Source: Bugula neritina (lineage: Eukaryota > Animalia > Bryozoa). Taken from it: 64,000 nucleotides of DNA. Under the pieces are notes generated by a model that searched no databases, was not told the origin of the DNA, and was given only the letters and a program-made list of their open reading frames with translations. Made by a program: the position numbers and the translations under genes. Positions 39,329 through 51,100 of the stretch are shown piece by piece. Position 1 is the first letter of the stretch. Each line of letters starts with the position of its first letter. Location: NCBI GenBank assembly GCA_964035545.1, contig OZ037767.1, positions 12,323,801 through 12,387,800 of the forward strand, read 5' to 3'.

Positions 39329-39471
39329 AAAACAAAGACATAAAAACTCAGTATAACAATATTGAATTCTATAAAAATTCACAAAAGCAAGATATATATA
39401 AAAGCAAAGATGTATATAATATATATGTGTACTACTAAGCATTTCTCTAATGGTACATTTACTTCAGTCAG

Positions 39472-41345
39472 CTAAGTTTTAGCATCGCAAACATTTTGAC
39501 CAAACCTGATTGGAGGTTTTGAAACCCTACCTACCCGAGTCACTGTGCTATGCCCATTAGGAGCACCGGGTCTGTCTGTTCCCTGAACTGAACTCGAATT
39601 GGGTGTATTATTGGGAACAGGGTCATTTACTCTAGCAACGCGAGTTAGGTTGGTGGGTGGTGTAATTCCCCTTACCCCAGAACCTAGCTGTAATGGAGTT
39701 TTTCTAATTTTCAAGCAAGACTGATTACGTCTAAAAATCCTACCATCATGGAGCCTAACTATGAAACTTCTGGGTGTTTCAGCGTGTTCCATGACTGTTC
39801 CTCGCAGCCAATTCCTATGGCTCATTTTCACCCAAACCTCCATTCCTTTCACAAAATTTTGAGGAATAGCAGTTGCCTTACTTGACTGTGTATTTAACTG
39901 TCCTTTTCTCAAAACCTCTATTACTTTGTCATTGTCAACACATTGATGCTTTAACTGCTCTGGCATGCAAAATAATGTGGATCTGAAATTTCTTGATTGT
40001 AGCAATACTGATGGTGAGGGTAAACCATCTCCTACTGGTGTTGACCTTAGGTTGCTAATAACATCATACAATGACTGATTTGACTGTTTGGCTTTAGCTA
40101 AGCTAGACTTGATAGTTTGATTCATTCTTTCTACTAGTCCATTTGACCTAGAGAAATAAGGGCTTACAGTTATGTGCTTCACATCTAGTGACTCCAAAAA
40201 GTATTTAAACTCAAGTGAGGTAAAGTAAGAAGCATTGTCTGACACTAATGTTTCAGGTTGCCCAAAATCTAAAAACTGTCTCCTCAGAATATCTACTATC
40301 TCTTTAGATGTAGAACTGTTTAATTTGTAACAAGCAGGCCATTTAGAGTATCTATCTACAGTGACTAGGTATTCAACACCTTCAAGCTGAAAAATATCAA
40401 TACTGATGGATTGCATAGCATACTCAGGAATTTCATATTGCTCTAATATTGTTTTAGCATTAGCTCTAGCATTTTCATGGCATACTTCGCATGAATCAAC
40501 AGCATCCGTTATTTGGTTTGTACAACCCGGCCAGTAAACAGCATTTTTGGCCTTCTCTATGCATTTTGTGACTCCTAAGTGACCTTTGTGTATGTCATTT
40601 ATGATTCTCTTTCTCAGAGATGCAGGAACTAAAATTTGATTGCTGCCTTTTAAAATGATTTCATCGTGTGTACTCAAATCATGCCTAACATTCCAATAAG
40701 ACTTGAGTGGCTCTAAACACATGCGCTTTGTTCTAGGCCAGCCATTGGCTATATATGACTTGAGAATATTCATGCAAGGGTCTTCTAAGACTGATTTGAC
40801 AAAAACTTCCCTAAAAGCTTTGTTTGGTAATATGCCAGTGGTGACAGCATGAATTTGATCATGATCTCTATTGCTATTTGCTGAGCTAACTGGGCACTCA
40901 TTACTGAGATGTGCTCTACTCAATGTATCAGCTATGTACATCTGGCTACCTGGTTTATGTACTAGATCAAAATCATATAGCTGAGTTCTTAGCCTCATAC
41001 GTTGTAGTCTAGGTGTTAAATCATTTAAGCCTTTTCTTTTGATGCTAAGCAATGGTAAATGATCAGTTTCTACAACAACTTTTTGACCATATACATATTG
41101 ATGAAACCTATTTAACCCAAATTGTATAGCTAAAAATTCTTTCTCTATTTGCGCGTAAGCTCTTTGTGCATTGTTCAAGCTACAACTGGCAAATTCTACT
41201 GGCTGCTCATTCTGTAAAACTACTGCTCCTATCCCATTCTGTGAACTGTCCACACTAAGTTTGACAGGCAGAGCAGGGTCAAACATTTTCAAAATTTGTC
41301 CACTAGCTACCATAGATTTGAGTTCATTTACTGTCTGCTCTTTTT
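39472..41345 (-). CDS. pol: Gypsy pol C-terminal part: RNase H and integrase (separated from the upstream ORF by a +1 frameshift)
   Basis: RNase H motifs LSVDSSQNGIGAVVLQ, YAQIEKE and ETDHLPL. Integrase HHCC (HKGH...CEVC) and DDE motifs (ISIDIF, SDNA, NGLVER). Confidence 0.93.
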
Positions 41346-43476
41346 CTACTATCCCAAACCCATGAAGCACCTTTTTTTGTCAGCTCTCTCAGTGGGGCTG
41401 TGATTTCTGCTAAATTTGGACAAAACTTTGCTAAATATGTGCTCATACCTAGCAATCTACGTAATTCTTCTACATTCTGTGGCACAGGCATGTCGACTAT
41501 CGATTTAATTTTACGTGGGTCAGCTTTGATGACACCCTGTCCAACTATATGACCTAAATACCTAAGCTCAGACTTCTCAAAACTACACTTAGCTAAATTG
41601 AGCTTTAAGTTAACCTGCTGGCATCTCTCCAACACTTTACGAAGAATGACATCATGCTCTACCTTTGTAGCAGCATGTATTAATAGATCATCTACAAATG
41701 TCTCAACTCCCTCGATATCTGCAAATATTTCACTGACTGTCCTATGAAATACTTCAGGTGCCGAACTTATACCAAAAGGTAGCCTCAAAAATCTATATCG
41801 GCCAAATGGAGTAGCAAACGTAGTGAGATAACTACTATCATGATCTAGCTCTAATTGCAAAAAACCTGAAGTTGCATCTAGAGTTGTGAAAACTCGTGAA
41901 TTGGACAACTTTGAGAAAATTTCTGTAGCTGTTGGCAATGAAAAGTGTTCCCTCATAATACACTTGTTAAGTTCAGTGGGGTCTAGACAGACATGTAATG
42001 ACCCATCAGGTTTCAGCACATTAACTATTGGATGTACCCAATCAGTTGGCTGTCTGACTTTGGTAATTGTACCACTAGATTCCATATTGTCAAGAGTACA
42101 TTTTAGCTTATCTCTTAGCCTAAAAGGTACACGTCTGGCACTTTGCACTACAGGCTTACTGCCTTCCTTAAGTCTTAATGCATGCTTACAAGGTAAATTA
42201 CCTAACCCCTGAAAAACGTCAGAAAACTCTGACACAACAGCATTGTTAGAAATTGCACATGCAGTTTCTACTAAACCCATGGCAATGCTACTTGGGAGAC
42301 CCAAAAGAGTTGTCTCGCCTTTTTCTACTAGAACAAAATCATGCACTGAAAAATTTTGTTTACATTCTAACAATAAAAATATTCTACCTAATACCTTAAG
42401 TTGATGACCACCAAAAGAAGAAAGTTTTTGGTTACAGCTTTTGATTTCTACATTTTTAAGTTTCAAGCGTTTAAAAACAGAGTTCGGCATAACATTACAG
42501 GAAGCACCTGTGTCTACTTTGAGTTGCAAACTGTTACTGTCACATTTTACATCTACATACCACTCCTTCTGATTTGTAGCAGCATTATGTAATGTGTATA
42601 CTACATCCGGATCTTCTGCAGTTACTTCATGTACTTTCGGTTTGTTTGTAGCCGTGCTCTCCTTCTTTGAAAGACATACCTTTGCATAATGTCCTTTACG
42701 ACCACAGTTATTGCATTGTTTATCATATGCAGGGCACTTGCGTGGTTGATGTGTGCCTGCACAATATTTGCAGTTTGTTATAGGCTTGGATGTAGGCTGT
42801 ACTGTACTTTTTGGATGTTGAGTTGGGCGTGATGACTGATGGTTATACTTGGCTTTGACTTGGTCATTGATTGCGTGAGCTTTGAATCCAGCATCAACAC
42901 TTGATGCATTGAAATCGTTAAGATACTGCCTTGTTGCTTCATAACGTTGGCAAATAGCTATACACCTCTCTAGTGTTAAATCTTCTGCGACATTAAATAG
43001 CTCTTCGCGTATTGCCTCAGAATGAATACCGAAGACTATTCTATCACGCAGAGCTTTGTCTCTCTCCTCTGCATGAAAGTTACAAGTTGCGACTAAAGTT
43101 CGCAGCGATGATAGAAACTTGTCGAATGGCTCACCTGTCTGTTGTACTCGACTATAGAATTTGTACCTCTCAAATTCTTCTTTGATTTTCGGAGCAAAGT
43201 ATCTACTGAAAGCGCCTTTGACTTCAGCAATCTTCTTTTTGTTTTCCTCCGACAAATCGAACGTTCTGAACAGCTCTTGTCCCTGAGCTCCCAGAATAGT
43301 CAACAGAGTTGCTACCTGAACCTCTTCTGGCTTAGAGTTCTTCTCGGTAGCAAGCATATATAAAAGTCAAACTGTTCTAGCCATGCCAGCCAGTTCCGAC
43401 TTGCGTCACTCGGATTCTGTGACGAATTTGCTAATAGAAAGTTTGATGGAGGCCTTAGAGCACCTCCTTCCGCCAT
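41324..43476 (-). CDS. Gypsy gag-protease-reverse transcriptase (N-terminus frameshifted at ~43360)
   Basis: Zinc knuckles CKYCAGTH...C and CNNCGRKGHYAKVC, protease VDTGA, and RT motifs LDATSGF, RLPFG and FVDD. An upstream frame from ATG 43476 (MAEGGALRPP...RNWLAWLEQFDFY) joins MLATEK if 2 nt of TATATATG are removed. Confidence 0.92.
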
Positions 43477-43537
43477 AGTTTATCTGTTACTTACTGTCAC
43501 AGACATATCCAATTACCCCAGGCAGGCAGTTCTAATA

Positions 43538-43548
43538 TCCTGACACCA
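43538..43548 (-). promoter_or_regulatory. Primer-binding site, probably tRNA-Leu
   Basis: TGGTGTCAGGA directly follows the 5' LTR and is complementary to the ...TCCTGACACCA 3' end typical of metazoan tRNA-Leu(CAG). Confidence 0.8.
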
Positions 43549-43817
43549 TGTTATAATGGTATGCTTGATGGTGAGTGACAGGGTGGTGCTGACTTGTAAT
43601 GTTTTACATGCTGATTTATTTGGTACAACTACTATGAATATAAAATGATAATAACACTTTGGAATCTAGCAACTAACCAACTTTTTAGCAATACCTACAC
43701 AAGCATTATATATAGATGCTGACTATGACAATAATAAGGAAATGCATGATTCACATAGAAGTCATATATCTAATAATTATAGCTAATAAGATGTGAACTC
43801 TATGTGACATTATAACA
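43549..43817 (-). repeat. Gypsy 5' LTR (269 bp)
   Basis: Near-identical to 39046-39314 and adjacent to the PBS. Confidence 0.96.
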
Positions 43818-44932
43818 CCTACGGTCCTTACAGTATACATACTGGAGGTACTGTGCTTTGAACTCAACAACAAAAAAGAGAATATATGACTTGCAAAACT
43901 AACGAATCACATTGTGATGACTTCAGACCCTATTGACAGTGTGCCTCAGTAATGTCTGTTCAGTGCAAACTATGGACAGCAAAGTTGTCTGGCAATAATG
44001 ATACAAACAATTCTGCAAACCCTTTTCATAAAAGTTCTGTGATGTTAGAGTAATAAGACCCTGTAATTGCTATACAACTGGAGGGAAGGAATATACTCAT
44101 TTTTCAATAGCAACAGAGCATGTTCAGAACTAGTAAACAGAAACACACTCATGACACATTAAACAATCTGTAACAAGTCTTGCTCATTATAACAGACAAA
44201 TGTTATAACATACTCCTTTCGTTTAGGAGATATATCAACTACTATACTCCTACAAAAACAATAAAGAGGTAAAAGACAGCACTGCTCAGTTTGATTTCAT
44301 TTCATTCAATTCATTGTAACGCTATCAATGGGCTGCACTTTTGGTCACACCCGGCTAACTGCTCTTGGAAAATTATTCATTTCGCCAATTGTGACATTAT
44401 GTGAACTCACTGTTAGTTTTTAATTTTGAATCAAAAAATGATAAAGTAATTGTAAATCTGTTTACAGTCGTCAAAGCGGCTGATCCTTAATTTCAACACT
44501 GGGTTTAGGTGATGGAAGAATCCCAAGACAAGTTTGGTACTACGCTAGACAATAGGCTGCTGGCACCGGAAAATGTGAACATGTGTGCATTTAACAGATG
44601 AAGCTAAAACATGTATACATCTTATATTTAGTGAAAATTGAATATGCATCACTTTTCTACGTGAGAACATTGCTGGATAGTGAAAATAACTAGAAATGTA
44701 GAAGTTCGGGAGTTGTCTCTCCTGTGTTTTTGTTTTGTCTTCTTGACTTGTCAGGCTGCAAATATTTGAAAAATCACAACTGCAAATACATTTGTGTGTG
44801 TAGCAAAACTATTAAACCCATCAACCTTTGTGATCTGAGGAACGAAAGACTGATACTGCAAATTACACACCTTTCTATTATGAATTTAGAGATATACATT
44901 GTTTTGTCGATCCTTCTGGCAACCAATATTAA

Positions 44933-47900
44933 TAGTCTAGAAGTAACCTCCAATTATCTTTCACTCATTACACTCCGAGGGGTGGCCACACAATTTTGTT
45001 AGAAATGGAGAGTTTGAAGGGTTCTAATTAATCTGTGAAAACTCTAGACTGTTCTGTGCACCCAGTTAGCCACAAAAGCGCTTCAAACTTTTAAAACAAA
45101 TCAGGAGTTGTCTTCTCTTAACGTTTTTGTGAATCGGCTAAATATCTTGGTATTATTCAAGTTAATTTATTTTATATAAGCAAAATAATTTTGCTGATAA
45201 TTATAGATACTCTTTCACTTTTCTGTTATAAAAACTCTAATTTTTTCTGTGTACCCAGTTAGTCACAAAAGCTCTTTAAAATTTTACAGGAGTTGTTTCC
45301 CCACAACTTTGTCCAAATTTATTAAATATTATCTTGGAATTATTGAAGCTAGTTTATTATATATACAAGCAAAAACTTTTGCAGATAATCATAGATGTAT
45401 TTTTCACTTCTCGGAGTTTAATTCTAGTGATTTCCTTGTGAAAACATCTGAAAAAGTGGACTATATAGACGAAAACAAGCAAAGGAATGGGTTTTCTAGT
45501 TATAAGGCAAACATTATTATTGATCAGATATAAAAAAGTCAAATTATAAGTAAATATGTGTCTGATAATGATTTTCTTCACGATTTTTATTATAATAACT
45601 ATTTTTACAAAAAAGTAATGAGAAGCATGGGTAGTGTATGTGTATGCATGTGTATGATTGAGCTTTGCCAATAAATTTAAGCTGAACTATATATAAATAA
45701 GAAATTTGGTTTTTAAAACAATGCTATTGGTTAAAATGCATATTTTTATACTATCTTGATATAATGACTCTAGAGTCAATTTAGCTCACTTATAGGTACA
45801 GAAGAAATACCCTAAAGCTTCATTATAATTTAAAATTTATGTGATTATATTTAGGCCACCCATTAGAAAAATGACCTTGAGCTGCTTTATTCAAAGATCA
45901 TATAGGCATGTACTTTTTTCATGTGTGCCATTTGTCACAAAAATAATAATTTCTTATCAGCAAATAAAACAAGCTGAGTTTGAGACTGGTGCATTTTTGT
46001 GTGAAACATGGAGTAAACATATTTTAGAGAACAATATTATTATTATTATAGTTGTTGCATACAAAAAAAAATTGCATTCAGCTAGAATTTTTTAAACATG
46101 GTGGCATTTTTAAGAAAGCAGAACTCAAATGTTTACAATTAGATCATGAGGAAGCAGATACACAAACTTTGTTACATGCAAAATATCTTATGAACATCAT
46201 ATACTCACGTGTGATAATCAAATCTCAAGACACTGATGTCTCGCTATTTGCAAAACATTACCTTTTTACCAATTATATTTTTTCATGGGTGTGGTAATCA
46301 TGGTGTCATGCCAAATAGAGGCTAGGCTAAATTTTCTACTTAGACGCTAGTTATTTATTTTGGTAAAATGTATTTGCATGTGCAACTTATTTTAATATTA
46401 TTGAAATATATGTATTATTAAATAAACTTGGATCAATTGCTTGTTATTTAGAACATAAATAAATTCCTTTAATCCGCATTAACTTATTAATTATGTATAT
46501 TTTATACATCTTGCTTGTTGTTTAAAAAGATATTTTGTTAAAAAGTACCACTTAAAGATTGTGTCTATTATTAACGTATTACTACTTTTTGTCCCACACA
46601 AATTCCTAAAAATAATAGAATATTATTCTAGATAATTCATGTTAGCTACTACAGCTATTAGCATATTAGCTATTTAGCAACAGTTATATAGGTAATATCG
46701 ATATATACGGTAACAAAATAAAAATAGCGTCTATCTGGGAGGAAACCATAATCATATTAGATATTTGAAAATCAATTAACATTGCACCAAATAAATCCGG
46801 ACTGCAGTTGTGTGCAGCACTTACTAGATTTCATGCTTTAACATGTTGTGATTCGACTATAGTGCATTTTATGGAAAAGGATAGCGCACAGCCTACTCTC
46901 TTTTGGAAAAATATCCCAAATGTATGGGAAACTTTGAACACCTCGGGAAGTATTTCAAGCTGTCAGCCATTACAGTGGCTGAAGTAGAACAATCTGTCTA
47001 TAAACTTTATGGAGCAGGAAATTCAAACATAGATGATGTCTGATACGCTGTATTTTGTTCACCGTCTAAAATAACTCAATACAGTTTGCCTCCAACAAAA
47101 GATGAATTAAATTTTTTCGTAAAAAAAGCAGATTATCAGGCCGCCATTTGGAGAAAGGTGACAACAGCCTATATATTGATGCACCACCCCCAGAACATTA
47201 TGAAAGCACTGTTGAGAATCATGGCAGGATAAATATAAAGTGGATGATTCAAGCTCGATCCGCACCTGAACATGTATATTGCAAAATTTAAACTGCTCCT
47301 GTAAGACCAGCTGCAACATATGAAGATGTGGATGTCAGAAGTCTCAAATGCAGTGCATGCACTGATGTTTGTCAATGTAAGGATTGTCTGAAAAGAAGGG
47401 CTATATTGAGGAAAAAGAAGCTGATGAAACTGACGGCAGTGACAATGATGGCGAGAATACTTTTTCATAAAAAAGCACTATTTTTAGACATTTGTTATAT
47501 ATTTTGCTCCAACCAATTTGATTTTGATCATCTCTCATGCTTCTGATTCTCTAAATAGTTTTACAGAATCTTGTTGATTTTTGCAGATGTCTAACGGCTA
47601 CTGACAGACTAGCAAATGATTCACTTGGGCTGTGCTCAAAAAATTTTAATATTTATTCATTTCAAGATTTATTTTGTGCTATAATTTTATAAATATAGTT
47701 TTTTCACACATCAGCATGACTTTGTTTTTATTTTTGTATAAATAGCTTGGTCATACAATTATTCTGCGTGCAATATGGCGATTTCATAACAAACATATAC
47801 GTTTATATAAACAACTTGGTGTTAATTTGAGATAGCATCTTGCAGTCTTTAAATTCAGTATCAAGATAAAATTCTAAGTAAGAGGCAATTTTTTTGGGTA

Positions 47901-48160
47901 TTTAAGCAAATTTTTTTTTCAAGATAGCTTGTTAAAATTAGATACTATTTTGCACAATCCACATTTCTTTTTATCACCCATTCAAGATGTCGATTTGATT
48001 TTTGTAATAACTTGAATTTGGGTAGAGATAGAATTCTAGAGTTTGTAGATTCAGAATCAGCACAAAATTCTGATCTAAAAACAACTTTTTTGAGTGGCCA
48101 CCTAGTAAAGTGTAATAAGCCACTTTTTTGAGCACTTTTTGGGAGGTTACTTCTAGACTA
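44933..48160 (+). mobile_element. Academ (AcademX-type) DNA transposon, internally deleted and decayed
   Basis: Perfect 19-bp TIR TAGTCTAGAAGTAACCTCC / GGAGGTTACTTCTAGACTA and a 3-bp TSD TAA (empty units read CAATATTAAGTGC). TAG...CTA termini, 3-bp TSD and XPG plus Cys8 remnants all match the Academ description. Confidence 0.88.
46100..47470 (+). pseudogene. Remnant of the Academ XPG/FEN1-like nuclease and Cys8 zinc-finger coding region
   Basis: Ordered fragments HEEADTQTLLHA (46145), IKSQDTDV, FHALTCCDST/SAFYGKG (~46830), LPPTKDEL...KADYQAAIW (~47086) and CSCKTSC..RCGC...C/TDVCQCKDC (47294-47387), then an acidic tail. Stops and frameshifts are present, with a probable intron at ~46310-46720. 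Confidence 0.8.
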
Positions 48161-51100
48161 TAAGTGCATTGCTCATTTTCCACGCTTTATATCCACTTAT
48201 TTTACATTTTCTCAATCAACTAAACACGGGTAAGCAGAGTTGCTAACTGGTTGCATGGTATTCAGGCAGTCGCACTTCTTGTCACTCAATCGTTGAAGAT
48301 TGATGCTTGAAGAAGGCCTACGGTCCTTACAGTATACATACTGGAGGTACTGTGCTTTGAACTCAATAACAAAAAAGAGAATATATGACTTGCAAAACTA
48401 ACGAATCACATTGTGATGACTCCAGACCCTATTGACTGTGTGCCTCAGTAACGTCTGTTCAGTGCAAACTATGGACAGCAAAGTTGTTTGAGAATAATGA
48501 GACAAACAATTCTGCAAACCCTTTTCATTAAAGTTTTGTGAGGAAAGAGTAATCAGACCCTGTAATGGCTATACAACTGGAGGGAAGGAATATACTCGTT
48601 TTTTAATAGCAACAAAGCATGTTCAGAACTAGTAAACAGAAACACACTCATGACACATTAAACAATCTGTAACAAGTCTTGCTCATTATAACAGACAAAT
48701 GTTATAACATACTCCTTTCGTTTAGGAGATATATCAACTACTATACTCCTACAAAAACAATAAAGAGGTAAAAGACAGCACTGCTCAGTTTGATTTCATT
48801 TCATTCAATTCATTGTAACACTATCAATGGGCTGCATTTTTGGTCACACCCGGCTAACTGCTCTTGGAAAATTACTCATTTCGCCAATTGTGACATTATG
48901 TGAACTCACTGTTAGTTTTTAACTTTGAATCAAAAAAATGATAAAGTAGTTGTAAATCTGTTTACAGGCGTCAAAGCGGCTGATCCTTAAGTTTAACACT
49001 GGGTTTAGGTGATGGAAGAATCCCAAGACAAGTTTGGTACTACGCTAGACAATAGGCTGCTGGCACCGGAAAATGTGAACATGTGTGCATTTAACAGATG
49101 AAGCTAAAACATGTATACATCTTATATTTAGTGAAAATTGAATATGCAACACTTTTCCATGTAAGAACATTGCTGGATAGTGAAAATAACTAGAAATGTA
49201 GAAGTTCGGGAGTTGTCTCTCCTGTGTTTTTGTTTTGTCTTCTTGACTTCTCAGGCTGCAAATATTTGAATAATCACAACTGCAAACACATTTGTTGGTG
49301 TAGCAAAATTATTAAACCCATCAACCTTTGTGATCTGAGGAACGAAAGACGGATACTGCGACTTACACACCTTTCTATTATGAATTTAGAGATATACATT
49401 GTTTTGTCAACCCTTCTGGCAACCAATATTAAGTGCATTGCTCGTTTTCCACTTTATATCCACTTATTTTACATTTTCTCAATCAACTAAACACAGGTAA
49501 GCAGAGTTGCTAACTGGTTGCATGGTATTCAGGCAGTCGCACTTCTTGTCACTCAATCGTTGAAGATTGATGCTTGATGAAGGCCTACGGTCCTTACAGT
49601 ATACATACTGGAGGTACTGTGCTTTGAACTCAATAACAAAAAAGAGAATATATGACTTGCAAAACTAACGAATCACATTGTGATGACTCCAGACCCTATT
49701 GACTGTGTGCCTCAGTAATGTCTGTTCAGTGCAAACTATGGACAGCAAAGTTGTTTGGCAATAATGAGACAAACAATTCTGCAAACCCTTTTCATTAAAG
49801 TTTTGTGATGAAAGAGTAATCAGACCCTGTAATTGCTATACAACTGGAGGGAAGGAATATACTCGTTTTTTAATAGCAACAAAGCATGTTCAGAACTAGT
49901 AAACAGCAACACACTCATGAAACATTAAACAATCTGTAACAAGTCTTGCTCATTATAACAGACAAATGTTATAACATACTCCTTTCGTTTAGGAGATATA
50001 TCAACTACTACTCCTACAAAAACAATAAAGAGGTAAAAGACAGCACTGCTCAATTTGATTTCATTTCATTCAATTCATTGTAACGCTATCAATGGGCTGC
50101 ACTTTTGGTCACACCCGGCTAACTGCTCTTGGAAAATTACTCATTTCGCCAATTGTGACATTATGTGAACTCACTGTTAGTTTTTAACTTTGAATCAAAA
50201 AATGATAAAGTAATTGTAAATCTGTTTACAGTCGTCAAAGCGGCTGATCCTTAATTTCAACACTGGGTTTAGGTGATGGAAGAATCCCAAGACAAGTTTG
50301 GTACTACGCTAGACAATAGGTTGCTGGCACCGGAAAATGTGAACATGTGTGCATTTAACAGATGAAGCTAAATCATGTATACATCTTATATTTAGTGAAA
50401 ATTGAATATGCATCACTTTTCAATGTGAGAACATTGCTGGATAGTGAAAATAACTAGAAATGTAGAAGTTCGGGAGTTGTCTCTCCTGTGTTTTTGGTTT
50501 TGTGTTCTTGACTTGTCAGGCTGCAAATATTTGAAAAATCACAACTGCAAATACATTTGTTGGTGTAGCAAAATTATTAAACCCATCAACCTTTGTGATC
50601 TGAGGAACGAAAGACGGATACTGCAACTTACACACCTTTCTATTATGAATTTAGAGATATACATTGTTTTGTCGACCATTCTGGCAACCAATATTAAGTG
50701 CATTGCTCGTTTTCCACGCTTTATATCCACTTATTTCACATTTTCTCAATCAACTAAACACAGGTAAGCAGAGTTGCTAACTGGTTGCATGGTATTCAGG
50801 CAGTCGCACTTCTTGTCACTCAATCGTTGAAGATTGATGCTTGATGAAGGCCTACGGTCCTTACAGTATACATACTGGAGGTACTGTGCTTTGAACTCAA
50901 TAACAAAAAAGAGAATATATGACTTGCAAAACTAACGAATCACATTGTGATGACTCCAGACCCTATTGACTGTGTGCCTCAGTAACGTCTGTTCAGTGCA
51001 AACTATGGACAGCAAAGTTGTTTGGCAATAAATGAGACAAACAATTCTGCAAACCCTTTTCATTAAAGTTTTGTGATGAAAGAGTAATCAGACCCTGTAA

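Larger units (their letters stand above)
39046..43817 (-). mobile_element. Full-length Ty3/Gypsy LTR retrotransposon (Mag/K02A2.6-like)
   Basis: Two 269-bp LTRs, a 5-bp TSD CCTAC (39041-39045 and 43818-43822; empty units read GAAGGCCTACGGTCC), PBS, PPT, and gag-PR-RT-RH-IN domain order. Confidence 0.97.

Noticed and set aside
41886-42212. Plus-strand ORFs overlapping the Gypsy and BEL coding regions
   Set aside because: They are antisense shadows of gag/pol.
50850-50870. GCCTACGG resembling the 5' end of 5S rRNA, and CTTACCTG on the minus strand near 50762 resembling the U1 5' end
   Set aside because: Both matches stop after 8 nt, with no downstream 5S or U1 sequence.
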